Positions 51,630 through 62,540 are shown, counted from the first letter of the stretch. The stretch is DNA of 64,000 nucleotides from an uncultured cyanobacterium (GCA_963718615.1 OY970368.1:3840001-3904000); one strand, 5' to 3'. The notes: generated by a model from the letters alone, not told the origin. Translations and numbers: made by a program.

Positions 51630-52757
51630 TTAATTGACTTGCTCCAAACGAGTACCCGCCATCCGGCTCATCCATTGTCGAAAATACTGACGGTTGACCC
51701 GCTGCTCCTGGGGGTCAGCGGTATTGAACGGGTGGGGCGCGAGGCCCTGAATCGCCGCAGAAGTCACACAAAACATCGACTTTTGAAAGCTAATCGCCAA
51801 CTGCACACGCACATCCCGTCCCTGGCGTTTGCTGGTCTTGTAATAGGGTTCCAGATAGTCCGGCAGGTGTCGACTCATATCCTGCATCAGCAGCGTCGGC
51901 GGAATGCCTGAACCACCCACGGGCAAGGGATCCGCATAGAGTGCTCCATAGCTAAAATCCTGAGGGTCCAAGGGAATTTGGAAGGCTTGGGCATTGTAAG
52001 AAACGGTGCCCATAAACGGAGCCCCCCGGAAGAAAACAGCTTCGACATAGGGAACTGCCGTTGCCGAAATAAATACAAATTCTTTGTCCGCCGGAATCAG
52101 CTCACACACCTGTCCCCGAATCGTGGGGGCATAGGTAATGGGCATTGCCGCATCCCGCACCAAGCCTTCCCGAATATGGGCTGTGACCGCTGGAATCGAC
52201 GTGATTTCTCCCTGGCGATAGCGTAGGGCCAAGGTATTGAAAATATCAGCCATGATCGTCCAAAACTGCCCTAGGGCACTGTAGTAGACCATCAACCGCA
52301 GTTGCTCAGCAAAGAAGTTGGGAAAGAGACGATGAAGGAGTGCTAAATCAGGACGGCCCTTGATCTTGACCTGGGTTGCGGCTTCGGCCAATTGCTCAAA
52401 CTCTGGGGTTTCCAGAAACGGCATCAAGACACTGTCCCCATGCCAGAGCATCGCTCGCATACAGTATTCTGCGTATTCAAAATAAAGGCGATCGTGCCAA
52501 AGATGGCGCAAGAGCTTTTGCACCGAAACTTCACCGTCAAAATATTTGAAAAAGGGAAAGAACACCAAACACTGATGGTCGGCAATGTACTTGAGATTTT
52601 TGGAATAGGCATCCAGGACGATACCGTAGCTATCTAAAACGCCAACCACCTCCAGCAGATTCTCTGGAGAATCCGGCAACATCGACTCCCCGGCAATCAG
52701 GCGATCGATATAGGCATCCAAAGGATGAGCCGGATTTTGTTCAATACTCGCAGTCAT
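51630..52757 (-). CDS. cupB: CO2 hydration protein CupB/ChpX
   Basis: EVVGVLDSYGIVLDAYS, EYAEYC, YGALYADPLPVGGSGIPPTLLMQDM; 375 aa fits ChpX rather than ChpY. Confidence 0.9.
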   Translation of the reverse strand: MTASIEQNPAHPLDAYIDRLIAGESMLPDSPENLLEVVGVLDSYGIVLDAYSKNLKYIADHQCLVFFPFFKYFDGEVSVQKLLRHLWHDRLYFEYAEYCMRAMLWHGDSVLMPFLETPEFEQLAEAATQVKIKGRPDLALLHRLFPNFFAEQLRLMVYYSALGQFWTIMADIFNTLALRYRQGEITSIPAVTAHIREGLVRDAAMPITYAPTIRGQVCELIPADKEFVFISATAVPYVEAVFFRGAPFMGTVSYNAQAFQIPLDPQDFSYGALYADPLPVGGSGIPPTLLMQDMSRHLPDYLEPYYKTSKRQGRDVRVQLAISFQKSMFCVTSAAIQGLAPHPFNTADPQEQRVNRQYFRQWMSRMAGTRLEQVN

Positions 52758-52766
52758 GATTTCCCC

Positions 52767-54659
52767 CTAAGCCTTCCAAACCGCCGTCTGCAACAGTTGC
52801 AGCGCAGTGGTGACATCATCCCAAAGATGGGTCCAGCTCGCGATGAAGACGAGCAGAGCACCCACACCCAGCAAAATCGTCACCACATAGAGCTGGGACT
52901 GACCAGACGCGCTATAGCGCAGCGTTTGCCCTCCCAACACCGTGACGAGTCCGACTGCATTGACCAAACCATCGACGATATAGCGATCGAACCAGGCAAA
53001 CAACTGCGAGGCCAACCGCACGGGGGCTACCACCACAAGACCGTAGAGGCGATCGAGATAAAAATCGTAGGCCAAAAGATCCTGGGCAAACCGCAGACTG
53101 CGGCTGAGGGGACGCGCCCGCTGTCGAGAGAGGGGTAGGGCAGCTCCCACCGCACAGCCCACGACTCCGGTGGCCGTAATCGCAGCCATGGGCAAAATTG
53201 CAGTGACTGAGCTAATCCCCGACAGCAGCCAGTTGGGCGCAATCCAAGGTAGGAGCAGCGTCACGATACTCAACGACACCATGGGCAACACCATGGGCCA
53301 GCCCACCTCGGGCGTTCGCCGGGTTTTGAGCTGCGGTTCGCCACAGAAAATCAGTCGGAACAGTCGTGTCAGGTTGAGCGCCGTTAGTCCATTGACGATC
53401 GCCAAGATCACTACCACCCAAAGGGGCGAGGAATAACTACCACTCACCCAGCGTTGCCAGGTCCAAAATAACCCCAGGGGTAGAACGCCAACGACCCCTA
53501 AGGACCCCACTAAAAACGCCAGCGTCGTGACCGGCATCCGGGACCCCAACCCTCCCATTTCGGTGATGTCCTGGGAGGTTGTTACCAGAGAAATCGCGCC
53601 AGCACTCATGACCAGCAGCGCTCGGGCAGTGCCATGGGTGAGAATCAACAGCAGGGCAACGTCGGTGCGCTGGAAGCCCACAGCGATAAAGACAAGCCCG
53701 AGGTAGGCGCTGCTGGAATGGGAGAGGGCTCGTTTGAGATCGATTTGGGCGATCGCCACCAAAGATCCCCCCACCGCCGTAATCACCCCCAACAGCATCA
53801 ATGCCTGTGAAGCCACCGGCGAGAGCGTCAGCAGTGGCTGCAATTTCAACAAGACATAGGCCCCAGCGGACAGCACCACCGAGTTCCGCAAAATCGACGC
53901 CGGACTTGGCCCCTCCATGGCTTCATCAAGCCAAAGATTCAGGGGAAACTGGGCACATTTGCCCACCGGCCCTGCAATCAGCGCCAACCCCAACAGCGTC
54001 GCCTGCCAGCCCGACACCGGCTTGTGCATGGCCCAGTTCGAGAGCTCCGAAAAGGTCAGTCCCGGTGCGTAGGAAATCAACGCCACTAGGCCCATCAGCA
54101 GAACCACATCCCCAACCCGTTTGGTCAAAAAGGCATCGCGTGCCGCCGTCACCACCAAGGGTTGGGCATACCAAAACCCCACCAGCAAATAGGTCGAGAG
54201 GGTCAGCAACTCCAGCAGACCGTAGCTCAGGACAATAGAATCGCTCAGCGCCAACCCCGACAGCGCCGCTTCAAAAAAGCCCAAAAGCCCATAGAACCGG
54301 GCCAAGGACCATTCCTTTTCCAGATAGCCCAAGCCATAGAGCTGGGTCATCAACATTACCAGCGAGATCAACGTCACAGCCCCGAGGGTAATCGTTGAAA
54401 TTTCTAGACTGATGTTGATCTCTAGCCCCGCCACCTGGAGCCAGGGCATGGAGAGATGCTGGAATGGCTGCATGTTCAAGCCTCGAAAGGCGATCGCCCC
54501 ATGCACCAACGCCAAAAACGAAGTCAGAATATTAAAATAGGCCGCCGGACGCTGACCATTACGCCTCACCAAGCCTATGGACCAAGGCAAAGAGAAGGCG
54601 GCACCAACGAGACCATAAAGCGGAATTAACCAAACCCGATCTAAAAGGAAGCCAGTCAT
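52767..54659 (-). CDS. ndhF4: NDH-1 subunit F4 (constitutive CO2 uptake)
   Basis: RPAAYFN, FWYAQPLVVTAARDAFLTKRVGD, KCAQFPLNLWLDEAMEGP; adjacent to cupB. Confidence 0.88.
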   Translation of the reverse strand: MTGFLLDRVWLIPLYGLVGAAFSLPWSIGLVRRNGQRPAAYFNILTSFLALVHGAIAFRGLNMQPFQHLSMPWLQVAGLEINISLEISTITLGAVTLISLVMLMTQLYGLGYLEKEWSLARFYGLLGFFEAALSGLALSDSIVLSYGLLELLTLSTYLLVGFWYAQPLVVTAARDAFLTKRVGDVVLLMGLVALISYAPGLTFSELSNWAMHKPVSGWQATLLGLALIAGPVGKCAQFPLNLWLDEAMEGPSPASILRNSVVLSAGAYVLLKLQPLLTLSPVASQALMLLGVITAVGGSLVAIAQIDLKRALSHSSSAYLGLVFIAVGFQRTDVALLLILTHGTARALLVMSAGAISLVTTSQDITEMGGLGSRMPVTTLAFLVGSLGVVGVLPLGLFWTWQRWVSGSYSSPLWVVVILAIVNGLTALNLTRLFRLIFCGEPQLKTRRTPEVGWPMVLPMVSLSIVTLLLPWIAPNWLLSGISSVTAILPMAAITATGVVGCAVGAALPLSRQRARPLSRSLRFAQDLLAYDFYLDRLYGLVVVAPVRLASQLFAWFDRYIVDGLVNAVGLVTVLGGQTLRYSASGQSQLYVVTILLGVGALLVFIASWTHLWDDVTTALQLLQTAVWKA

Positions 54660-54914
54660 TCAGAGTGCTCTGAGGTTTTGCCGAAACGAAATGCAGAATA
54701 TCCGTCAGCAGAACTCCATCAGGGGAATTCAGCGGAATAATTGCCCCGAAATGCTGACATCACTGATTGCTTAAATATTTTTACCTATTGACGAACCTCA
54801 GACAAGCTGAATGGCCTAGGATGATCCCAGAGCAGGAGCAATTCCGTCACCGAGGCAGTACCTGGAACCGAAAGATTCGCTTACGATGGCGGGAAAGCGT
54901 TTGGAGCACGGCTG

Positions 54915-55346
54915 ATGGATTTGCGCCATATTGCTCGGGAAACCTGCGACATCCTGGTGAACTATCTGACCTACCAAGCCTACCGGGTGATCTTAAGTCA
55001 ACTCCAGGAAACTAACCCTTCGCTCTATATTTGGCTCCAGCATTTTTCAGCTCAGCACTCATTCCAGCACTCCGGGGACTATCTGCAAGCGTTATACCAA
55101 GAGAAACCCGAACTGGCGCTGCGCATGATGACCGTACGGGAGAATCTGGTGGAGGACATGGCCGACGCGCTCCCCGAGATGAGTCGTACCAGCGTCCGAC
55201 AGGCCAATATGAGCTTGCGGCGACAGATGCTGGAGCAGCTCACCCAAGCCCCGTCGGCGATCTCCAGCGCCGAGGCTCCCCTCCATCCCGAACTGAGCCC
55301 CGAGGAATTGCCGACCGCCGAAGAAGCGGGTGACTCAACTGATTAG
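54915..55346 (+). CDS. rbcX: RuBisCO assembly chaperone RbcX
   Basis: IARET..LVNYLTYQA.RVI..QLQETNP, LALRMMTVRE, RRQMLEQLTQ. Confidence 0.92.
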   Translation: MDLRHIARETCDILVNYLTYQAYRVILSQLQETNPSLYIWLQHFSAQHSFQHSGDYLQALYQEKPELALRMMTVRENLVEDMADALPEMSRTSVRQANMSLRRQMLEQLTQAPSAISSAEAPLHPELSPEELPTAEEAGDSTD

Positions 55347-55435
55347 GTTAATTAGGCTGATTAGCCTAAGACCAAGGATGAGTAAGCCCAAGGACAAATT
55401 CCGCCCTGAGCCGATTGAGCTGCCGATTGAGCAGT

Positions 55436-55705
55436 CTAGTAAACCCGCTCCAGAATGCGTAACACCAAATCCGCAAAGGCATCATCACCCAAGCGCCCTA
55501 GGGCCTCTTCCAGAATTTCCAATTCGCTAATCTGCGACTCCGGCGATAGTTCGATCGCTGGAACCAACAACTTGAGATGCTGAATAAACTGCTGCAAATC
55601 CTCCTCGATCCGGCGATGCTTTACATCTAACACCTCCAGCGTGCGTCGAACTGAGCATTCCCGCCGAAATTGATTTGCAACACCATACTCGGATTCGCTA
55701 TTCAT
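55436..55705 (-). CDS. small conserved hypothetical protein
   Basis: 89-aa ORF ending LGDDAFADLVLRIL, convergent with rbcX. Confidence 0.6.
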   Translation of the reverse strand: MNSESEYGVANQFRRECSVRRTLEVLDVKHRRIEEDLQQFIQHLKLLVPAIELSPESQISELEILEEALGRLGDDAFADLVLRILERVY

Positions 55706-56036
55706 AACCTATGGCCTCAGCGGGGAAAAGTTAGCTGCCTACCCTCGCATTAAAGCGAAGAACCCTAGGGGCCGTGGGCATTCATTGCAAAAAGTTTGTG
55801 TTTATTCAGACTTAGTCAAATTGGAGGTTTCATCCCCTGGCCATAGGGCTTAAAAGCCTATAAAGTCAGGGTTTGAGCCGGACGCTGAATTAACATAGAA
55901 GAGATCGGCAGGGCCGCCATTGATCTTTTTGCTCTTTAGGGTTTCCGCAATGAAAAGAAAAGGATCGCCGGAACCGTTGAAAAATGTGATAACAGTTACA
56001 GAGTAAGTCTTTGCACAAACTAGGCAGGTAATTGTT

Positions 56037-56825
56037 TTGGCTGGAATACTAGCGGCCAAATCCCCTGAGGCGATCGCAATCTCGGAGAGCGTCTCTTCAG
56101 AATCTCTGGCAGCGCCCATCAAAATTTTAGTGGTTGAGGATGAAGCGTTAATTCGGGAGACTATCGTCTTGGCACTCCGGGATGAAGGGTACGACGTCGA
56201 AGTCGTAGCCGATGGTCGCGCCGCCCTCGACCTGTTTTATCGCAGCTTTGAGCAGGAGGGCGGGGCAGACACCCTACCGGCTCTAATTGTTCTGGACCTG
56301 ATGCTGCCCCATGTGAATGGTCTGGATCTGTGTCGGTTTGTTCGGCGGCAGGGCAGTACCATTCCCATTTTGATTTTGAGCGCCAAAGGCACCGAAACCG
56401 ATCGGGTCGTGGGTCTCGAAGTCGGCGCGGATGACTATCTCACCAAACCCTTTGGCATGCGGGAACTGATCGCCCGCTGTCGTGCCCTGCTGCGCCGTTC
56501 GCAGCAAAACCGCGAGTCGCAGCAGGAGGACGCCATTTCCTTTAAGGAGATTACGCTTTACCCGCAACAATGCCGGATTCTCTTGCGCAACGAAGAGGTT
56601 AATCTTTCTCCCAAAGAATTCCGCATGATGGAACTCTTTATCCAAAACCCCAAACGAGTTTGGTCCCGAGAGCAGCTGTTGGAACGAGTTTGGGGACCCG
56701 ATTTTATGGGGGATAGCAAAACCGTTGATGTTCATATTCGCTGGCTGCGAGAAAAGCTAGAATCAGAGCCCAGCCGCCCCGAATATCTCAAAACCGTGCG
56801 GGGCTTTGGCTATCGGTTCGGTTAG
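56037..56825 (+). CDS. sphR: phosphate regulon response regulator (OmpR/PhoB family)
   Basis: ILVVEDE, LDLMLP, GADDYLTKPF, RVWSREQLL.RVWGPDFMGDSKTVDVHIRWLREK. Confidence 0.88.
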   Translation: MAGILAAKSPEAIAISESVSSESLAAPIKILVVEDEALIRETIVLALRDEGYDVEVVADGRAALDLFYRSFEQEGGADTLPALIVLDLMLPHVNGLDLCRFVRRQGSTIPILILSAKGTETDRVVGLEVGADDYLTKPFGMRELIARCRALLRRSQQNRESQQEDAISFKEITLYPQQCRILLRNEEVNLSPKEFRMMELFIQNPKRVWSREQLLERVWGPDFMGDSKTVDVHIRWLREKLESEPSRPEYLKTVRGFGYRFG

Positions 56826-56983
56826 ACAATTTGGGGGTCGAATGGCAAACCGCAGGGCACAGAACGGTGCTAGGACATGCATCCTGGATCACCTACAGAC
56901 ACCAAAATCTCACCCTAAGATGAAGGATGCTCTCAGTACTTTTCTGTCCCCTCTTTTTCCCTTAACCCCTGTATCTTGCTGTA

Positions 56984-58285
56984 ATGGCTGAATTTTTTCT
57001 GGGATTGGCGATCGGTCTGCTGCTCTTGGCCTGGCAACGTGTTGCCCTCAGCAAGCAGTTACGACAGTTGCTGGCTTACTTCGACGAAGAGTCCCTGCCG
57101 CCCTACTTCAGCCAAACCTCTCGGCTCCTGGTTGCTGCCGCCCAACAACGTCAGCGCCAACAGGATTTGCAATCGATCCTGGCCAGTTTGCGCCAGTTAA
57201 TTAACTACGCCCCGATCGCCTATCTCCAGATCGATCCCGATAATCATTTGCTCTGGTGCAATCAGGCGGCCTCTGAACTGGTGGCGATCGCCGATCCCAG
57301 CCCCACCACCCCTCGGCTTTTGCTCGAACAGGTGCGCTCCTACGACCTCGATCAACTCATCGAACTCACCCGCCAACAGCAGCAAATTTGCCAGCGTCAA
57401 TGGGTTCTCCATCCGCTCAATCCTGATCCCCTCAATCCGGCTCCGCGCCAGACCTTGTATTTATTGGGATATGGCATTCCCCTGCCCGATGGCCAAGTGG
57501 GTGTTTTCCTAGAAAACCGGCAAGAGGTCATGCAGATCGCTCAACAGCGCGATCGCTGGGTTTCGGATGTGGCCCACGAACTCAAAACCCCCCTGACTTC
57601 GATTCGGCTCGTCGCCGAAATGATCGAGTCCCGAGTGGATCCCATGCTCAAACCTTGGGTGGAGCGACTTTTAGGAGAGGTCATTCACCTCAGCAACCTG
57701 GTCCATGACCTACTCGACCTTAGTCGGCTGGAGCGACGCGCGGCCCAAAGCCTGAGTCTCAGTTCTGTACAGTTGCCCAGCCTCATCGAAAGTGCTTGGC
57801 AAACCCTGGAACCGATTACGGCAGCCAAGGACATTCAAATGATCTACCAAGGACCCCAACGGCTGGCGATCGAGGCGGATCAGTCTCGGCTTTACCGGGT
57901 GGTCCTCAACCTGCTCGATAACGCGACAAAGTACAGCCCCCCCAGCAGCACCATCCAAATCCAGCTCGCCCAAACGGACCAAGAGGTTTGTCTGGATGTG
58001 ATTGATTCCGGTCCCGGCTTCCCGGAAGAGGCGATCGCCCACGTCTTCGAACGCTTTTACCGCGCTGATCCCGCCCGCGCCCGCACCGCCTCAACCCTCG
58101 GCCAAGCCGCAGAATCCAGCTCTGCCAACCTCACCTCCATCGCCAGTTGTGGCCTGGGTCTCGCCATCGTCTGGCAAATCATCGAAGCCCACGCAGGCAA
58201 AGTAACCGCCCAGAACCATCCAGACACCCACGGTGCCTGGATCCAGGTGAAGCTCCCCCTACCCATCACCGCATCAGCACTTTAG
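56984..58285 (+). CDS. sphS: phosphate sensor histidine kinase
   Basis: PAS-like region, SDVAHELKTPLTS, NLLDNA, DSGPG, FERFYRAD, GLGLAI; follows sphR. Confidence 0.85.
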   Translation: MAEFFLGLAIGLLLLAWQRVALSKQLRQLLAYFDEESLPPYFSQTSRLLVAAAQQRQRQQDLQSILASLRQLINYAPIAYLQIDPDNHLLWCNQAASELVAIADPSPTTPRLLLEQVRSYDLDQLIELTRQQQQICQRQWVLHPLNPDPLNPAPRQTLYLLGYGIPLPDGQVGVFLENRQEVMQIAQQRDRWVSDVAHELKTPLTSIRLVAEMIESRVDPMLKPWVERLLGEVIHLSNLVHDLLDLSRLERRAAQSLSLSSVQLPSLIESAWQTLEPITAAKDIQMIYQGPQRLAIEADQSRLYRVVLNLLDNATKYSPPSSTIQIQLAQTDQEVCLDVIDSGPGFPEEAIAHVFERFYRADPARARTASTLGQAAESSSANLTSIASCGLGLAIVWQIIEAHAGKVTAQNHPDTHGAWIQVKLPLPITASAL

Positions 58286-58466
58286 CACTGCCCCTTTCGC
58301 CGCCAAAAACAAGGGGTTCAGACCCCTCAAGGCTCATAACCCACAAGGGGATAGACCCAGCAGCAATCTCCAAGGGCTCTCACAAGTGCGGTAAGATTGG
58401 CTTGTCAACTGAATCCTGACTTCCGCTTAACGTTCTTAAACAGGTTGTGATAACGTTCTGATCACC

Positions 58467-59210
58467 ATGGGCGATCGCCTCCAAAAAGTGCTATCCCAAT
58501 GGGGAGTGTCCTCCCGCAGAGGCGCAGAAACCCTCATTCAAGCCGGGCGGGTCCAGCTCAATGGCGAAATTGCCCAAATCGGGCAATCTGCCGATCCTGA
58601 GCGCGATCGCATCGAAGTTGATGGGGTGCTGATTAACGCCCATCAACGCCCCCAGTTTCACTACCTGCTGCTGCACAAACCTCTGGGTGTAGTTTCAACC
58701 TGCGACGATCCCCAAGGACGTCGTACCGTGCTGCAACTGCTCCCCCCCGTCCTCCAGCGGGATCAAGGATTGCATCCTGTGGGTCGTCTGGATCTAGATT
58801 CAAGCGGGGCGCTCCTCCTCACCAACGACGGCGAGTTCACCTTCAAACTCACCCATCCTCGGCACCATATCGCCAAAACCTATCGGGTTTGGGTTCGAGG
58901 TCAACCGAGAGAAGCGGTACTCCAGCAATGGCGTCAGGGCATTCTGCTAGAGGGGAAGAAAACCCACCCCGCAACCGTTAAACGGTTACGGCAACGCGAC
59001 GAAAATACACTCCTTGAAGTGGTATTAAAAGAAGGTCGCAATCGACAAATTCGTAAAATGGCCCAGCAGTTGGGTTATCCGGTGCTGCAACTGCATCGCA
59101 TCGCCATCGGCTCGGTCAACCTCGGCAACCTCCCCCGAGGCCAATGCCGCTCCCTCGCCCCCGAGGAAGTCCGCGCGCTCAAGACAGATGAGTCGAAGAG
59201 CACAAGCTAA
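58467..59210 (+). CDS. rRNA pseudouridine synthase (RsuA/RluB family)
   Basis: S4 domain RLQK..SRR, HKP.G, VGRLD, EGRNRQIRKM. Confidence 0.95.
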   Translation: MGDRLQKVLSQWGVSSRRGAETLIQAGRVQLNGEIAQIGQSADPERDRIEVDGVLINAHQRPQFHYLLLHKPLGVVSTCDDPQGRRTVLQLLPPVLQRDQGLHPVGRLDLDSSGALLLTNDGEFTFKLTHPRHHIAKTYRVWVRGQPREAVLQQWRQGILLEGKKTHPATVKRLRQRDENTLLEVVLKEGRNRQIRKMAQQLGYPVLQLHRIAIGSVNLGNLPRGQCRSLAPEEVRALKTDESKSTS

Positions 59211-59354
59211 AAAGTTACTTGGGCCAGCCTCGTATAAATACTGAAATCCCTTCTAGAGAGTGTTCAGTATGATCCACGATGGCGCGCTTGAAATGGTAGT
59301 CTAAGCAAGCAAAAGTCGGTTACTTGATTGGCATATCTGGAAACTAGAAGGTTT

Positions 59355-60317
59355 ATGAAGAGAAGAGCGGGTACACCCCAATCCCTTCAATTAGCAGAGC
59401 TCCAGCAGCAACAGCTCAGGGAAGTTGGTGTTTACCTTCGTCAACACCGTGAGTCTCAGCAGCTTTCTTTGTCCGATGTCGCTCAGAGGACGCTTGTGCG
59501 TCAATCTATTTTGACCGACATTGAAGGGGGCAATCTTGAACGCCTGCCGGAGCCTGTCTATATTCAAGGTTTTATTCGTCGCTATGCGAGCGCCCTCGGG
59601 CTTGATAGCGAACAGGTCGCAGAGGCGTTTCCGACGCAAGTATTTCAAAAGGTCTCCCATTCCTTTTGGCGACAGTTACCCAATGCCCAGCTTCGGCCCG
59701 TCCATCTGTACGTTGCCTACTTACTCATGATTGCAGCTTCAGTCCACAGTTTGTCTTGGCTGATGAACCGTTCCATTGCGCGGGCGGCAGACGACACCCG
59801 TACGGAACAGGCGACGCAGCTCGAACAGGCGGTGGCTCAGGCATCAGCAGCAGCGGCGGGCATGGGGTCTTCCAAACTGGGTCCGATGCGTCAAGCGTTT
59901 CCCCTGGCGGCAGCTCCCGATCGGAGCTCACCCCAACAACTGGCGGAGCAATTGAGCAAGCAGGCGATCGCCGCAGCGCCCCAAAAAACAGCTCAGGAAA
60001 AAAAGTCGAATAAGCCCGTTCAAATCAAGCTGACCTTGACGTCCCAGTCTTGGTTGCGGGTCATGGTCGATGGCAAGACCGCCTATGAAGGCATGCTTTC
60101 GGAGGGGGACCAGCGAAGCTGGGAAGCCAATGAAGCCGTTGTCGTGCGGGCGGGAAATGCGGGCGGGGTGATGGTGGCTCTGAATAATCAGCCGCCTAAA
60201 CCCATGGGTGCGCCCGGTTCGGTGGAAGAAGTCACCTATGGTTCGAACAAAGTCGCCTTGGGTAAGTCCACGACTCGGGCCTCGATTCTGCAAGCCTCGA
60301 TTTGGAAGAGTTTCTAA
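59355..60317 (+). CDS. RodZ-like HTH/DUF4115 membrane protein
   Basis: LPEPVYIQGFIRRYA HTH, one TM helix, SWLRV..DGK and RAGNAGGV C-terminal domain. Confidence 0.87.
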   Translation: MKRRAGTPQSLQLAELQQQQLREVGVYLRQHRESQQLSLSDVAQRTLVRQSILTDIEGGNLERLPEPVYIQGFIRRYASALGLDSEQVAEAFPTQVFQKVSHSFWRQLPNAQLRPVHLYVAYLLMIAASVHSLSWLMNRSIARAADDTRTEQATQLEQAVAQASAAAAGMGSSKLGPMRQAFPLAAAPDRSSPQQLAEQLSKQAIAAAPQKTAQEKKSNKPVQIKLTLTSQSWLRVMVDGKTAYEGMLSEGDQRSWEANEAVVVRAGNAGGVMVALNNQPPKPMGAPGSVEEVTYGSNKVALGKSTTRASILQASIWKSF

Positions 60318-60427
60318 GGCTGCCAACAGATCCATCGAAAACCTTAGAGACAATCCTCAACCTTACCCTGGGACATGGCAGTACATGTCCCAGTATTTGT
60401 GTGGAACACATTTTTGTGCCGACGATT

Positions 60428-61939
60428 TTATCGGGGTACGCGCCCATAGAGTTCGGTGACGAGGCGGAAGCGATCGCTCACCTCCCGCTGTAACATCTCA
60501 GAACGATAGCGCCACTGCCAGTTGCCCTCAGCAACCCCCGGAAAATTCATCCGCGCCTCGCTCCCTAAGCCCAGCAAATCCTGGAGGGGAAAAATTGCCT
60601 GGTTAGCCGTGCTGCTAGAGGCTAAGCGAATCAAATCCCAATGGATCCCTTCTGAACTCATCTGACCGAGATAGTTGGCGACATGGGTCTTAGCTTCGTC
60701 GGAACGCTCATTGAACCAGCCGACGGTGGTGTTATTGTCGTGGGTGCCGCTGTAGACCATCCAGTTACGACCCTCGTAATTGAAAGGAAGATAGGGATTG
60801 TCAGGACCCGAATCAAAGGCAAAGAGCAAAATTTTCATGCCGGGGAAATCAAAGCGATCGCGCAGTTCTTCCACATCCGGCGTGATGATGCCCAAATCTT
60901 CCGCCACCACCGGCAAATCCCCTAAGTGAGCCCGGATCGTCTCAAACAACTCGTCCCCCGGAGCCTGGATCCATTCTCCGTTCATCGCCGTGGTTTCACC
61001 TTCAGGCACAGCCCAGTAGGCCCGCAACCCCCGAAAATGATCAATCCGAACAATGTCAACGTAATCCAGGAGGGTTTTAAACCGACGAATCCACCAATCA
61101 AATCCCGTTTTCTGAAGATAGTCCCAGTCATATACCGGATTGCCCCAAAGCTGTCCCGTGGCGCTAAAGTAGTCCGGCGGAACGCCCGCCATCAGCTCGG
61201 GATTTCCCGTTTCTGGATTGAGACGAAAGTTCTGGGGACAGGCCCAAACGTCGGCACTGTCGTGGGCAACATAGATGGGAATATCCCCAATGATCTGAAT
61301 GCCTCGCTCGTTGGCGTAGGACTTGAGTGCCGACCACTGCCGAAAGAAAACAAATTGCAGAAATTGGTGAAACTCAATTTGAAAATGCAGCTTGTCCCGC
61401 CAGTCGGCGATCGCCCCAGGGTCCCGTTGACGCAACTCCGGATCCCAGTCATTCCAACACTGATTACCGCGATTTTCGCGAATGGCCATAAACAGCGCAT
61501 AGTCATCGAGCCAATCGGCTCGTGTTTGGCAAAATTGCTCAAAATCCTGTCGATCAGAATCCGTCGCTTGGTCGCGAAACCGTTCAAAGGCCATTAGAAG
61601 CAGCGGCATTTTGGTCGCGAGGACGGCATCAAACTCTGTCCGATCCGCTGGAAAATCCGGTAAGCCCTGGCAGTCCTCTACATGAAGTAAATCCTGTTCG
61701 ATCAGCAGGTCGGGACTGATCAGCAGCGGATTCCCCGCCATGGCTGAATAGGCCAGATAAGGCGAATTTCCGTAACCAGGCGTACCCAGGGGCAAAATTT
61801 GCCAAAGACTCTGACGACTATCCGCTAAAAAATCAATAAACTCATAGGCAGCAGACCCAAGATCTCCGACCCCAAAGCGACTCGGGAAACAGGTGGGGTG
61901 CAATAAAACGCCACTGACACGGGGAAAGGACATAATCAA
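60428..61939 (-). CDS. malQ: 4-alpha-glucanotransferase (amylomaltase)
   Basis: SGVLLHPT, WQILPL, GVPPDYFSATGQLWGNP, RIDHFRG, AEDLG, GTHDN. Confidence 0.97.
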   Translation of the reverse strand: MIMSFPRVSGVLLHPTCFPSRFGVGDLGSAAYEFIDFLADSRQSLWQILPLGTPGYGNSPYLAYSAMAGNPLLISPDLLIEQDLLHVEDCQGLPDFPADRTEFDAVLATKMPLLLMAFERFRDQATDSDRQDFEQFCQTRADWLDDYALFMAIRENRGNQCWNDWDPELRQRDPGAIADWRDKLHFQIEFHQFLQFVFFRQWSALKSYANERGIQIIGDIPIYVAHDSADVWACPQNFRLNPETGNPELMAGVPPDYFSATGQLWGNPVYDWDYLQKTGFDWWIRRFKTLLDYVDIVRIDHFRGLRAYWAVPEGETTAMNGEWIQAPGDELFETIRAHLGDLPVVAEDLGIITPDVEELRDRFDFPGMKILLFAFDSGPDNPYLPFNYEGRNWMVYSGTHDNNTTVGWFNERSDEAKTHVANYLGQMSSEGIHWDLIRLASSSTANQAIFPLQDLLGLGSEARMNFPGVAEGNWQWRYRSEMLQREVSDRFRLVTELYGRVPR

Positions 61940-62053
61940 ACTTTGACAAACGGAGTCTGGCTGATAGCGTAGTCTAGCTATCCTCGCAAATCATACTGCC
62001 CTAGGTTGAAGTCAGCGCGTTTGCCCCATAAATCTTTCTTTGTAAACCCTGTC

Positions 62054-62504
62054 ATGACTTACCGTAATCCTGTTCCCACCGTCGATATCATCATCGAACT
62101 GATTGATCAACCCCAACGCCCGATTATTTTGATCGAGCGATTGCACGAGCCCCTAGGCTGGGCAATTCCCGGCGGCTTTATAGATTATGGCGAAACAGTC
62201 GAGACTCGCAGCCTTGCGGGAGGCCAAGGAAGAGATTGGTCTGGACATCCAGCTCACTGAGCAGTTTCAGGTCTATTCAGACCCGGCAAGGGATGCACGT
62301 CAGCACACGATTAGCATTGTTTTTTTGGCGATCGCCCAAGGCCAACCCCAAGCTGGAGACGATGCCAAGAACTTTGCCCTCTTCACCCTCGATCAATTGC
62401 CTGCCAATCTCTGCTTTGATCACGATCGCATTCTGAGCGATTACCGTCGCTATCGAGAAACGGGTGAACGACCTCAGCATCAAGGTTATCGGCATCAAGG
62501 TTAG
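62054..62504 (+). pseudogene. Nudix hydrolase with +1 frameshift inside the Nudix box
   Basis: [16 protein letters not shown] in one frame, [12 protein letters not shown] in the next; one extra base near 62207. Confidence 0.8.
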
Positions 62505-62540
62505 TTTTGTCGGCGGAAGGCCAGCCTTTTTGATTAGCTG

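Noticed and set aside
55801-56000. Pho box and NtcA/CRP-like site (GTGATAACAGTTAC) upstream of sphR
   Set aside because: The Pho-like half sites lack 11-bp spacing; the NtcA-like site is imperfect and has no well-placed -10 box.
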